In this document: positions 34,863-43,484 of the stretch, piece after piece
How the letters are laid out: each line of letters opens with the position of its first letter
Position numbering within the stretch: position 1 is the stretch's first letter
Assembly: GCA_018715145.1 (NCBI GenBank)
Contig: DVMD01000079.1
Location: forward strand, 1-54,652
From: Candidatus Onthocola stercorigallinarum
Lineage (GTDB): Bacteria; Bacillota_I; Bacilli_A; RF39; UBA660
Direction: 5' to 3'
Length of the DNA stretch: 54,652 bases
The notes under the pieces: generated by a model
The model's input: only the letters and a program-made list of their open reading frames with translations
Databases searched by the model: none
Told to the model about the DNA's origin: nothing
Translations under genes and position numbers: made by a program

Positions 34863-34946
34863 ATGAACGAAGATATTTTTCTTCAAGTAATTATAATTCT
34901 GGTAATCATTATTTATGGTAACCAGAAAAAAGACGCCAACAAATGA
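34863..34946 (+). CDS. 27-aa hydrophobic peptide (type I toxin-like or sporulation micropeptide)
   Basis: MNEDIFLQVIIILVIIIYGNQKKDANK. The SD AAGGAG is at 34845-34850 and a complementary CTCCTT is at 34810-34815 in the leader. A two-codon uORF ATGCAATGA overlaps the start. Confidence 0.4.
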   Translation: MNEDIFLQVIIILVIIIYGNQKKDANK

Positions 34947-34992
34947 AATGTAGCGTCAACCAAACTTGATGCTACCCAATATGGGTAACTAC
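34926..34992 (-). ncRNA. Candidate cis-antisense small RNA, convergent with the 27-aa ORF
   Basis: The minus-strand promoter is TTGCAT (35027-35022), a 17-nt spacer, then TATATT (35004-34999). The RNA has a hairpin TACCCA-tat-TGGGTA, then the terminator GACGCTA...TGGCGTC plus T6 (34957-34926). It overlaps the last 21 nt of the peptide ORF. Confidence 0.3.
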
Positions 34993-35033
34993 ATATATAA
35001 TATAGCAAAAATTTAATAATTATGCAATTATTT

Positions 35034-36215
35034 TTATAAAATATCTTCAAATTGTTTTTCTTCTTCTTTAATTTTTATTACTTGTTTTGTTTTTATTGCT
35101 TCATTAATTAATTCTTCATATGGTATTAGTTTTTCATATTCTAGACATTTACTAAGTTCTGGATTAATTACAGGATGAACTGGTACAAATACTGTACAAC
35201 AATCTTCATAAGGTAAAGTACTTATATCAAATGTTCCTATTTTTTTAGCAATATCAATTATTTCTAATTTATCAAAACAAGCAACTGGTCTAATTACAGG
35301 CATATCTACAACAGCATTAATAACAGACATACTAGTTAAAGTTTGACTAGCAACTTGACCAATAGATTCACCATTAACTATTATTTTAGAGTTTTCGCTC
35401 TTAGCAATCCTCTCAGCTATTCGATACATCATTCTGCGCATTATGGTAATTAAATATTCATAAGGAATATTTCTTAAAATTGTTTCTTGAATTTTAGTAA
35501 AGTTAATGCCGTATAAAGTCATGTTTGGGTTATATTTAGATAACACTCGAGCTAGTTTAATTACCTTATCTTTAGCCGCCTTGCTTGTGTGCGGTGGAGA
35601 TTCAAAATAAAGAGCTGATAGTTTTACTCCCCTTTTTATTGTTAAGTAACCTGCAACTGGAGAATCAATTCCTCCGGATAACATAAGTAGGCCTTTACCT
35701 AAAGTACCAACAGGATAACCACCTAGGCCAGGAATTCCTTTTGTATAATAAAGAATAGCATCTTTTCTAATTTCCACATGAATAATAACTTCGGGATTAT
35801 GAACATCTACCTTGCATTCTTTATTTTTTAAAATAACACCCCCAAGTTTTCTGCTTAATTCCATACTATCAAGCGGATATTCTTTATCACTTCTTTTGGT
35901 TTCGACTTTAAATGTTTTAAATTCTTGCGTTTTAATTAAATCTAAAACATTTTTGGCAATTGCTTCAATTTCTCTATCTTCATCGATAAATCCGATGACA
36001 ATTTCATGAATACCAAAGGTATGAAGTAAAACATCTATTGTTTTATCTATATTATCTTCACTAACAATAATAAACATTCTTCCTCGGTCATAACTAATTG
36101 TATGATTCCACATTAAAGCATTATCAATATTATTCTTGAGTGTCTTTAAAAAGAAATTAATATTAGCTTTTTTAGTTGATAATTCTGCATATTTTAAAAT
36201 GATTATTTTTTCCAT
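35034..36215 (-). CDS. thiI: tRNA 4-thiouridine(8) synthase ThiI
   Basis: THUMP-type N-terminus and the PP-loop LMLSGGIDSPVAGY. Confidence 0.9.
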   Translation of the reverse strand: MEKIIILKYAELSTKKANINFFLKTLKNNIDNALMWNHTISYDRGRMFIIVSEDNIDKTIDVLLHTFGIHEIVIGFIDEDREIEAIAKNVLDLIKTQEFKTFKVETKRSDKEYPLDSMELSRKLGGVILKNKECKVDVHNPEVIIHVEIRKDAILYYTKGIPGLGGYPVGTLGKGLLMLSGGIDSPVAGYLTIKRGVKLSALYFESPPHTSKAAKDKVIKLARVLSKYNPNMTLYGINFTKIQETILRNIPYEYLITIMRRMMYRIAERIAKSENSKIIVNGESIGQVASQTLTSMSVINAVVDMPVIRPVACFDKLEIIDIAKKIGTFDISTLPYEDCCTVFVPVHPVINPELSKCLEYEKLIPYEELINEAIKTKQVIKIKEEEKQFEDIL

Positions 36216-36224
36216 AAACCCACC

Positions 36225-37352
36225 TTATTTAACTATTTTTAAACTATCATATACTTCACTAAAAATATTTAAAAATTTATTTATTTCATCAGTTGTTGTC
36301 ACATGTGATAAACTAATTCTAAGAGTATGTTTAGCTCTTTTTAAATCATCATAAATAGCCATAATACTATGAGATACTTCACCGCTTGAACAGGCGGTAT
36401 TGGTAGATAAATATACTTCGTATTTATCTAGAGCATTAATCATTACCTCTGGCATAACATCCATTATACTAATATTTAATATATGGGGTATTGAATATTT
36501 AGTTTTATTGATTAAAATGTTGGGATATTTGCTTAGATTATTAACTACTTTTCCATTTAAAAGATTAACAAATCTTTCTTTTTTTTCTAAGTCATTTAAA
36601 GCTAGTCTTAAAGCTTTTGATAAGGCTGCAATTAAAGGAAGTGGTGGTGTTCCAGGATTTAGAGCATTAGTTTTACCACTGCCATATAAAATTGGAGTAA
36701 TACTAACCATACTGTTTTTATATAGGAATCCTATTCCTTTAGGTCCAAATATTTTATGAGCAGACATACTAGCTAAATCAACATCATGAAAATTAACAGG
36801 AACTTTACCTATTGCTTGGGTCATATCGGAATGAAGTAGTGCCCGTTCATTTTCTTTTTTTATGATTTGTCTAATCATCTTTAAAGGTTGTCTTACTCCT
36901 GTTTCACTATTAACTGCACAAATGCTTACTAAAATTGTATCTTCTCTAATTTTATTTTTTAAATCATCAAAATCAATTAATCCTTCAGAATCATTATTAA
37001 CATAATCAATGCTAAAGCCAATGCTCTTTAAATAATCACAAATAGCATAAATACTTGGGTGTTCTAGTTTGGATACAATAATATGTTTTCCCCTTTTGTG
37101 ATATTTCATGGCAACACCAATTAAAGCCATATTATTAGCTTCAGTTGCTCCGCTGGTATAAGTAATTTCACTAGTATTAATACCTAGGATATCAGCAATT
37201 TGTTTCGTTGCACTTTCAAGAAGACTTGCGGATTTTCCTCCTAGGGCATTAATAGAATTAGCATTACCAATAAATTCTTTAGTTACTTTAGAAATTGTGT
37301 CAAATACCTCATATGATACGGGAGTTGTTGCACTATAATCTAGGTAAATCAT
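36225..37352 (-). CDS. Cysteine desulfurase (NifS/IscS-like, class V aminotransferase)
   Basis: PLP-lysine context SMSAHKIFGPKGIG, with TSGATEANN. Its position upstream of thiI matches the nifZ-thiI arrangement in Bacillus. Confidence 0.9.
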   Translation of the reverse strand: MIYLDYSATTPVSYEVFDTISKVTKEFIGNANSINALGGKSASLLESATKQIADILGINTSEITYTSGATEANNMALIGVAMKYHKRGKHIIVSKLEHPSIYAICDYLKSIGFSIDYVNNDSEGLIDFDDLKNKIREDTILVSICAVNSETGVRQPLKMIRQIIKKENERALLHSDMTQAIGKVPVNFHDVDLASMSAHKIFGPKGIGFLYKNSMVSITPILYGSGKTNALNPGTPPLPLIAALSKALRLALNDLEKKERFVNLLNGKVVNNLSKYPNILINKTKYSIPHILNISIMDVMPEVMINALDKYEVYLSTNTACSSGEVSHSIMAIYDDLKRAKHTLRISLSHVTTTDEINKFLNIFSEVYDSLKIVK

Positions 37353-37780
37353 TGATCAGCCTCCGCATTAGCTATAGAAGCATAGCCATCACAAGCGGTA
37401 CCTGTTGGACTTAATAAACATTCTTGGCATTCTTCTATAGATGTTAAGACATCACCAGTAAAATTAGATATTAAATCAAATACTACTTTAATTATAGTAG
37501 GAACAAAAAATATAATTATACCTGCTATAAATCTTCTTAATAAACTTTTACCTGCTGTAGATATAGCTTTATCATCACTAGAAGCTATAGCTTTAGCAAA
37601 ATCAACAATTCCTAAAACAATTATTAATAATGGAACAACAATTTTTAAGGCAAATAGAAAATAACCAATAAATTGCCATATTGGAGCAGTTCTCCCACAA
37701 AAATTTAATTCAGCTGCTGATACATTAAGTGGTAAAAGCAGAATAACTAATAATAAAAAACTAATAACTTTTAACTTCAT
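37349..37780 (-). CDS. Secreted two-TM small membrane protein (143 aa) with Cys-rich tail
   Basis: Signal peptide ending VSA-AE, two hydrophobic helices flanking KAIASSDDKAISTAGKSLLRRF, and C-terminal CQECLLSPTGTACDG. Its stop overlaps the desulfurase start (caATGAtt). Confidence 0.65.
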   Translation of the reverse strand: MKLKVISFLLLVILLLPLNVSAAELNFCGRTAPIWQFIGYFLFALKIVVPLLIIVLGIVDFAKAIASSDDKAISTAGKSLLRRFIAGIIIFFVPTIIKVVFDLISNFTGDVLTSIEECQECLLSPTGTACDGYASIANAEADQ

Positions 37781-37789
37781 AAATCCTCC

Positions 37790-39505
37790 TTACTTGTATT
37801 CTTCAAGTAATCTTTTATAAATGCCTGGTTCAACAATATTTATAGCATTTATAGCATTTTCTAAGCTACTTTTAAAATTACCTTTTAAGAAGTTATTTTC
37901 GGCTTTAATTAAATTAAAATCAACTTCTTTATTAGTAACTCGGTATCTATTACCATAAACTATTGCCACCTCAGCCATTCTCGCAGTTTTAACTGTTTCA
38001 TTAATAGTATTATAAACTTTTAAAACTAGGTCTCTCGCAGTATCAACTCGAACATTTAATATTTTAATCGAAATTGGTCTTTTGTCAAGAGCTTTTATAA
38101 GTTCATTAATCGCCGCCATGGCTTCGGATAACTCAACATAATAATTTTTAGGAACACTTGGAAGTTTAAATGAACGCACTTTTTCTTTAGTTTGATTAAG
38201 TATTTTCTTTATTTCATCAAGTTGTTCTCTTGCTCTTAGTTCATCTTCTTTTAAGCTACCTAAATTCTTTAATGCGCCATTTAATTTTTCTTCAGTTTTA
38301 ATAAGTTTAGAGTTAATCATTTCCATTTCTCTTGCAAGCTTACTATATGGCATCATTTTACTTCTAGCAACATCTACTATTTTATCATAGCTAGCTCTAA
38401 TGTTCATTATTTCATTTTTAATCTCTGCAATTACTGCTACTTCATCATCTGTTAAATCATAACTATATTTAATATCATCGATCTTTTTATATAATTCGTT
38501 ATTAATTTTTTCTAATTTAGTAGCTTTAATTAGAATACTTCTACTATAATCTTCATAAATCTTCTTACTTACTTTTTCTTTATCAAAATCATTATATAAT
38601 GAATCAAAATAATCATGCATCGTCTTAAGTTCAAATAAAGAGTCTTCAATATTTAATACATTTAATCTTTGAAATATATCTTGAATCTTTTTATTTGCTT
38701 CTTCAATATTATAATCAATATTTAAATATTCTAAGTTATAGCCTTCTTTAGTCATTTTACTAGCAATATTTTTTATATCCTCAATTTTTTTAGGTATTAA
38801 ATTTTTACCTAAATTAACTATTGGTCTAGTTTCTTCAATAACAGCCTTTAAATTATCAATTATATCAGATATAGCTTTAACTATTTTACCTACTTCAGTA
38901 TAAGCATTCTTTTCCATTGATGATTCAAATGCCTGAAATAATTTATCAACATTTTCAAATTGTAATTCAAGTGGAACTTTAATTATACTATATTCTTCTT
39001 CATAATCTTTATAAGTACTATAAATATCTCTATATGTTGCTTTTAATTTAGTAATAGTTTCTCTATTTCGCTCTTCACTTAAAGTTACATCTTTTATTTC
39101 ATCAAGTAAAAATCCTGCTTTAGTTTTTAAATTATTTAATTCAAAATCTACTTGTAACATTAATTTTTTTAGATTCTTATAATCTTTATCTTCAAATAGT
39201 TCCTCTATTTCATTAATAGTATCAGTAACTTTAGGTAATGCCACATCTTTTATTTCATTAAATCTTTTCTTCCAATCAGCTAATTTTTCTTTCATTTCAT
39301 CATTATTAACTAAAGCTTCAACTTTATTTAACTCTGATAGCATACTGGCAGATATTATTAAATTTTTTTCTTTTTCTAATTCATCTATTTCTTTTTTTAA
39401 TCTATTTTTTTCTCTTTTACTCATTAAAGATAAAACAATTATTACTATAATTATTGTTAATATATAATAAGCAACCGCAATTAATAAAAAAGTTGTCCTT
39501 CCCAT
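37790..39505 (-). CDS. ezrA: Septation ring formation regulator EzrA
   Basis: Single N-terminal TM segment followed by about 540 aa of coiled-coil repeats. Size and synteny (ezrA next to nifZ-thiI) match Bacillus. Confidence 0.8.
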   Translation of the reverse strand: MGRTTFLLIAVAYYILTIIIVIIVLSLMSKREKNRLKKEIDELEKEKNLIISASMLSELNKVEALVNNDEMKEKLADWKKRFNEIKDVALPKVTDTINEIEELFEDKDYKNLKKLMLQVDFELNNLKTKAGFLLDEIKDVTLSEERNRETITKLKATYRDIYSTYKDYEEEYSIIKVPLELQFENVDKLFQAFESSMEKNAYTEVGKIVKAISDIIDNLKAVIEETRPIVNLGKNLIPKKIEDIKNIASKMTKEGYNLEYLNIDYNIEEANKKIQDIFQRLNVLNIEDSLFELKTMHDYFDSLYNDFDKEKVSKKIYEDYSRSILIKATKLEKINNELYKKIDDIKYSYDLTDDEVAVIAEIKNEIMNIRASYDKIVDVARSKMMPYSKLAREMEMINSKLIKTEEKLNGALKNLGSLKEDELRAREQLDEIKKILNQTKEKVRSFKLPSVPKNYYVELSEAMAAINELIKALDKRPISIKILNVRVDTARDLVLKVYNTINETVKTARMAEVAIVYGNRYRVTNKEVDFNLIKAENNFLKGNFKSSLENAINAINIVEPGIYKRLLEEYK

Positions 39506-39582
39506 ATCTATTCACCTTATATAATAAGTTTATCACATATTATGATTTTTTTAAAGGTTTAAATGAGTCGAACAACAATTTA

Positions 39583-39972
39583 TTAACTAATTTTATCAAA
39601 ATATACATAACAACTATCTGGACGATTTGCTTCAACCATAACTTGTTTAGTTTCATTATTCCATGAAACACTACTACCATTGGTACAATTAGATTTCTCT
39701 TTATTATATTCGAAATTTTCATCTAACCAAATAATATCAGTAATCTCTTCATAAGTATTAGTATCAATTCCCGTTTCTCTAAGCATTGTTATAGTATTAG
39801 TACTATAAAATTCTTTATTATTACTATTATTAGTATTTGGATTAGTATCATTTTCTCTTTGTAAAACATCTAAACTAACATCACTTTCCGGATAAAAATA
39901 AAATAAAGAGATGATTAATACCACCAACAAACAAATACACACTACTAGTACATTAATTTTTCTTTTCATCAT
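39583..39972 (-). CDS. Small membrane-anchored protein (129 aa)
   Basis: ATG 39972 (MMKRKINVLVV...) follows GAAAGGAAA. The track start at 39996 lacks an RBS. The protein has a TM segment and an N/T-rich ectodomain with two Cys. Confidence 0.6.
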   Translation of the reverse strand: MMKRKINVLVVCICLLVVLIISLFYFYPESDVSLDVLQRENDTNPNTNNSNNKEFYSTNTITMLRETGIDTNTYEEITDIIWLDENFEYNKEKSNCTNGSSVSWNNETKQVMVEANRPDSCYVYFDKIS

Positions 39973-40021
39973 AATAATTTTCCTTTCAACAAGCATTATA
40001 TCAAACTAAAGTTAAATAATT

Positions 40022-40038
40022 TGTCGAACTATGTCGAC
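40022..40038 (+). promoter_or_regulatory. Tandem Spo0A-type boxes in a divergent intergenic region
   Basis: TGTCGAA (40022-40028), spacer cta, then TGTCGAC (40032-40038). Confidence 0.45.
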
Positions 40039-40046
40039 ATATTAAG

Positions 40047-40067
40047 TATAGACAAAATTTGTCTATA
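40047..40067. promoter_or_regulatory. Perfect 10-1-10 palindrome (operator-like)
   Basis: TATAGACAAA-A-TTTGTCTATA. Confidence 0.4.
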
Positions 40068-40135
40068 AAGCAAGTAAAATTAATAATAATTTAATTAAAT
40101 GGACATATAATTAAGTAGATTAAATGGAGGGTATT

Positions 40136-40621
40136 ATGGTAAATAAACAAAATTTATGGTTTGTAACATTATTTTCATTAATTTTAGTATTAGGTATTTA
40201 TTATGTTAGTATGGGAGATGAAACTCTGGCAACTCTTGCGGGAGATAATGATGTCTCCGAGGTTGTAGAAGTAACAGAGTCGGATGTAATTGTAGCTTTG
40301 CAGGTTGAAGATGATGAATCAGTATTAGAACAAATGACGGAATATCAAAATATATTACTTGACTCATCTGCAACACTTGAAGAAAAAAATGACGCCTACG
40401 AGGGATTACAAGCCCTGAACAATAATCAAAGTGAATGTGAAAAAATTGAAAAATTAATTAGTGATGAATTTAAATATGATAATTTTGTCAAAATTGATGG
40501 CGATACTATTAGTATAGTTATTGCAAGTAGTGATCATAATACAGAAATTGCTAATAAAATAATTAGAGCAGTTCAAGAACTTTATGATACTCAAAAATAT
40601 ATTACAGTTAAATTTGAATAA
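40136..40621 (+). CDS. SpoIIIAH-like protein
   Basis: ATG 40136 lies 5 nt after GGAGG (40126-40130). The protein has an N-terminal TM segment, an acidic linker and a C-terminal domain resembling SpoIIIAH (…KIDGDTISIVIASSDHNTEIANKIIRAVQELY). Confidence 0.5.
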   Translation: MVNKQNLWFVTLFSLILVLGIYYVSMGDETLATLAGDNDVSEVVEVTESDVIVALQVEDDESVLEQMTEYQNILLDSSATLEEKNDAYEGLQALNNNQSECEKIEKLISDEFKYDNFVKIDGDTISIVIASSDHNTEIANKIIRAVQELYDTQKYITVKFE

Positions 40622-40637
40622 AATGACACCAAAATAT

Positions 40638-40675
40638 AAAATACTTCATAAAATACTATGAAGTATTTTGTTTTT
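40638..40675 (+). terminator. Rho-independent terminator
   Basis: AAAATACTTCAT-aaaatact-ATGAAGTATTTT followed by gTTTTT. Confidence 0.65.
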
Positions 40676-40689
40676 AGGAAGGGATAAAT

Positions 40690-40896
40690 ATGAATAAAAA
40701 AATATTAACTGAAAGAGAGCAAGAAGTTTTTGAACTTTTAGTAATTAATAAAACAACTAGTGAAATAGCTGAAACTCTAGGAATCAGCGAAAAAACTGTC
40801 CGCAATCACATATCTAATGCTATTCAAAAACTGGGAGTTAAAGGCAGAGCCCAAGCAGTTGTAGAATTAATTAAACTTGGAGAAATAACAATTTAA
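40690..40896 (+). CDS. gerE: GerE (LuxR-type HTH sporulation regulator)
   Basis: LTEREQEVFELLVINKTTSEIAETLGISEKTVRNHISNAIQKLGVKGRAQAVVELIKLGE is nearly collinear with B. subtilis GerE as I recall it. Confidence 0.85.
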   Translation: MNKKILTEREQEVFELLVINKTTSEIAETLGISEKTVRNHISNAIQKLGVKGRAQAVVELIKLGEITI

Positions 40897-40898
40897 AT

Positions 40899-40920
40899 AA
40901 AGACTTCGGTCTTTTTCTTT
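40899..40920 (+). terminator. Rho-independent terminator after gerE
   Basis: AAAGAC-ttcg-GTCTTT followed by TTCTTTATTT. Confidence 0.65.
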
Positions 40921-40954
40921 ATTTAAATAAATATAATTAAACAGGTGTTTAATT

Positions 40955-41860
40955 ATGTTAAGAAAATCATCCATTAGAAGAATAATGCTAGCAACTCTTG
41001 CTCTATTTTTATTATTAATTATTTATTTTTTTCCAACTACCCCAAGTATTTCTGAATCACTTTCCTATATAGAAAAAGAAGAAATGCCAATATTTTTAGT
41101 AGATAATATGGAATATATTGCTAGAACATCAATTGTTAAAAATAGTGATAATACCGATGATTTAATTAAAGAAGTTATTGAAAGTCTAACTATTGGATCA
41201 AATAAATCTAACTATATTCGTGAGGGTTTTAAAGCAGTAATTCCGGAGGGTACTAAAGTATTAGATATAAAGCTAGAAGATAGTATTTTAACTATTAATT
41301 TTAGTAAAGAACTTTTAAATGTCTCTCAAGACAGCGAAGAAAAAATGCTAGAAGCTATAATCTATTCTCTTACCGAAATAGATAGTGTAAAAAAGATCAA
41401 AATACTAGTTGAAGGTGAACATTTAACTAATCTACCAAATAGTAATAAAAAAATACCAGAACTTTTAGATAAAAATTATGGTATTAATAAAATATATAAC
41501 CTAGATTCAATTAAAGATACTAGCAAAACTACTATATATTATTTAAGTAAATATAATGACTATTATTACTATGTTCCTGTAACTAAAATTAGTAATGAAA
41601 ACCTTGAGAAAGCGGAAATAATTATTAATGAACTAAAAACCACTCCGATTTATCACACTAATTTAATAAGCTACTTGGCCGCATCAACTAATTTAACTAA
41701 TTATGAAATACTTGAAAATAGTATATCTCTATCTTTTGATAATCACTTGCTCGCAGGTATTGATGATGAAGATATGCTTGAAGAAGTTAAATATGCCATT
41801 TCCCTATCTATTAGAGATTCTTATGGCATCGATGAAGTAATATTTAATATTTCAGAATAG
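40955..41860 (+). CDS. GerM-domain (germination protein M-like) lipoprotein/membrane protein
   Basis: N-terminal hydrophobic anchor and two GerMN-like modules (IPEGTKVLDIKLEDSILTINFSKELL). Confidence 0.7.
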   Translation: MLRKSSIRRIMLATLALFLLLIIYFFPTTPSISESLSYIEKEEMPIFLVDNMEYIARTSIVKNSDNTDDLIKEVIESLTIGSNKSNYIREGFKAVIPEGTKVLDIKLEDSILTINFSKELLNVSQDSEEKMLEAIIYSLTEIDSVKKIKILVEGEHLTNLPNSNKKIPELLDKNYGINKIYNLDSIKDTSKTTIYYLSKYNDYYYYVPVTKISNENLEKAEIIINELKTTPIYHTNLISYLAASTNLTNYEILENSISLSFDNHLLAGIDDEDMLEEVKYAISLSIRDSYGIDEVIFNISE

Positions 41861-41924
41861 AAATTTACTCCGTTTTTACTCCGATATATATAAAATATAT
41901 GGAAAATATGGGAAATTCGGGCAA

Positions 41925-41946
41925 GAAAAAAGCCCGTAAATACGGG
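41925..41946 (-). terminator. Terminator downstream of tRNA-Arg
   Basis: The minus strand reads CCCGTA-tt-TACGGG followed by CTTTTTTC. Confidence 0.5.
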
Positions 41947-41960
41947 AAATTTTAAAATTC

Positions 41961-42037
41961 TGGTGTCCTCGAAGCGATTCGAACGCTTGACCGTACGCTT
42001 AGAAGGCGTATGCTCTATCCAGCTGAGCTACGAGGAC
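41961..42037 (-). tRNA. tRNA-Arg (anticodon TCT), CCA encoded
   Basis: Minus-strand sequence GTCCTCG-TA-GCTC-AGCTGGATA-GAGC-A-TACGC-CTTCTAA-GCGTA-CGGTC-AAGCG-TTCGAAT-CGCTT-CGAGGAC-A-CCA. This is a full cloverleaf with a T-loop TTCGAAT. Confidence 0.9.
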
Positions 42038-42138
42038 ATCAACAAGATAATTATAGTATAAAATTTAAAATAATGCAATACTTTTGCTTGTAATAAATCT
42101 AAGAATTTGATAATATAATTATAGAAAGGAGTATGTAT

Positions 42139-42606
42139 ATGAATTATTACGACTATAATAGCATAACTTCAACTGCAAATACTCTTGAAGGCGTTGCTGT
42201 ATGGACAATAGTTTCTTTAATACTAGCTATTATTGGTGGAGTTTTAGTTTATTTCTTATTCATCAAAAATAAACATTTAAAATTAACTCCATTCTTAAAG
42301 AATTTAAGAGACTTACTAGATTTTAAAGTAATGATTTTAGAAACAATACTAAAAATACTATATTTAATTATTACAATATTTGTTATTTTAGTATCATTTA
42401 GCTTTATTGCTGTTAATTTCTTAACATTCTTACTAGTTTTAATTTTTGGACCAATAATTGTTAGAATTATTTATGAAGCATCAATGATGTTAATAATGAT
42501 TTGGAAGAATACCAAAATAATTGCTGACAACACTACACCAAAAGAAACTAAAAAAGAAGAAAAAAAAGAAACTAAGAAAAAAGAAATAAAAGAAGAAGAA
42601 GATTAA
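42139..42606 (+). CDS. Small membrane protein with K/E-rich tail
   Basis: ATG 42139 lies 7 nt after AAAGGAG, whereas the track ATG 42133 is only 1 nt after it. The protein has three hydrophobic segments. Confidence 0.6.
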   Translation: MNYYDYNSITSTANTLEGVAVWTIVSLILAIIGGVLVYFLFIKNKHLKLTPFLKNLRDLLDFKVMILETILKILYLIITIFVILVSFSFIAVNFLTFLLVLIFGPIIVRIIYEASMMLIMIWKNTKIIADNTTPKETKKEEKKETKKKEIKEEED

Positions 42607-42643
42607 TGCAAAAAAAAGAATTCCTTATACATTAGGAATTTTT

Positions 42644-43204
42644 TTATGCTCTACTTGCGTATTTACCATCTTTGGTAGATACTAATATTTTTTCTCCTTG
42701 ATTAATAAATAAAGGCACCTTTACAACATAACCAGTTTCAATAGTTGCATCTTTAGTAGCGTTTGTTACAGTATTACCTTTTACTGCTGGTTCTGTTTCT
42801 ATTACTTCAAATTCAATTTTTTCTGGCAATGTAATACCAATTATTTCCCCTTCATAGAAATCAATATCAATTTCTAATCCTTCTTTAATAAAGTTGATAT
42901 TATCTCCTAAAACAGAGGCAGGTATTTCAATTTGTTCATATGTTGTATTATTCATAAATACATAAGTATCTCCCATAGAATATAAATATTGGGCATGTAC
43001 TTTATCTATATGAGCTTTTGTTATTTTAATATTGGTATTAAAAGTATCTTCTGTAACAGCTCCAGTTCTTAAATTTTTTCTTTTAATTCTAACAAATGCT
43101 GGACCTTTACCTGGTTTTACATGTTGAAATTCTACAATAGTATATAGAGCTCCATCCATGATAATAGTCATACCATTTTTAATGTCATTAATGTTTATAT
43201 CCAT
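42644..43204 (-). CDS. efp: Elongation factor P
   Basis: IVEFQHVKPGKGPAFVRIKRKNLRTGA is the canonical EF-P loop. Length is 186 aa. Confidence 0.95.
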   Translation of the reverse strand: MDININDIKNGMTIIMDGALYTIVEFQHVKPGKGPAFVRIKRKNLRTGAVTEDTFNTNIKITKAHIDKVHAQYLYSMGDTYVFMNNTTYEQIEIPASVLGDNINFIKEGLEIDIDFYEGEIIGITLPEKIEFEVIETEPAVKGNTVTNATKDATIETGYVVKVPLFINQGEKILVSTKDGKYASRA

Positions 43205-43223
43205 TTAACTCACACTCTTTCTT

Positions 43224-43388
43224 TTATTTTTTTTCTTTAGCAATAACAGCTTTTTTACACTTAGGACAATATCTTTTAATTTCTAAACGGTCCGGAGTGT
43301 TCTTTTTATTTTTACTAACAGGGCGTAACTCATATCCACAAACAGAACATCTCATAGTTACTTCACTACGGTTTTCTTTTTTTGCCAT
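43224..43388 (-). CDS. rpmG: 50S ribosomal protein L33
   Basis: Hand-translated 54 aa: MAKKENRSEVTMRCSVCGYELRPVSKNKKNTPDRLEIKRYCPKCKKAVIAKEKK. It has the CxxC...CxxC zinc ribbon and the NTPDRLE core of L33. It falls below the track cutoff. Confidence 0.8.
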   Translation of the reverse strand: MAKKENRSEVTMRCSVCGYELRPVSKNKKNTPDRLEIKRYCPKCKKAVIAKEKK

Positions 43389-43420
43389 AATATTCCCTCC
43401 TTACTGACAAGTTCTCTATA

Positions 43421-43448
43421 ATTATACCAAAATTATGAGATTTTTCAA
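43421..43448 (-). promoter_or_regulatory. SigmaA-type promoter of rpmG-efp
   Basis: The minus strand reads TTGAAA, a 16-nt spacer, then TATAAT, with extended -10 TGgTATAAT. Confidence 0.55.
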
Positions 43449-43484
43449 CTAATTTAGCTTAAAATAACAAATTTTTGCTAAAAA

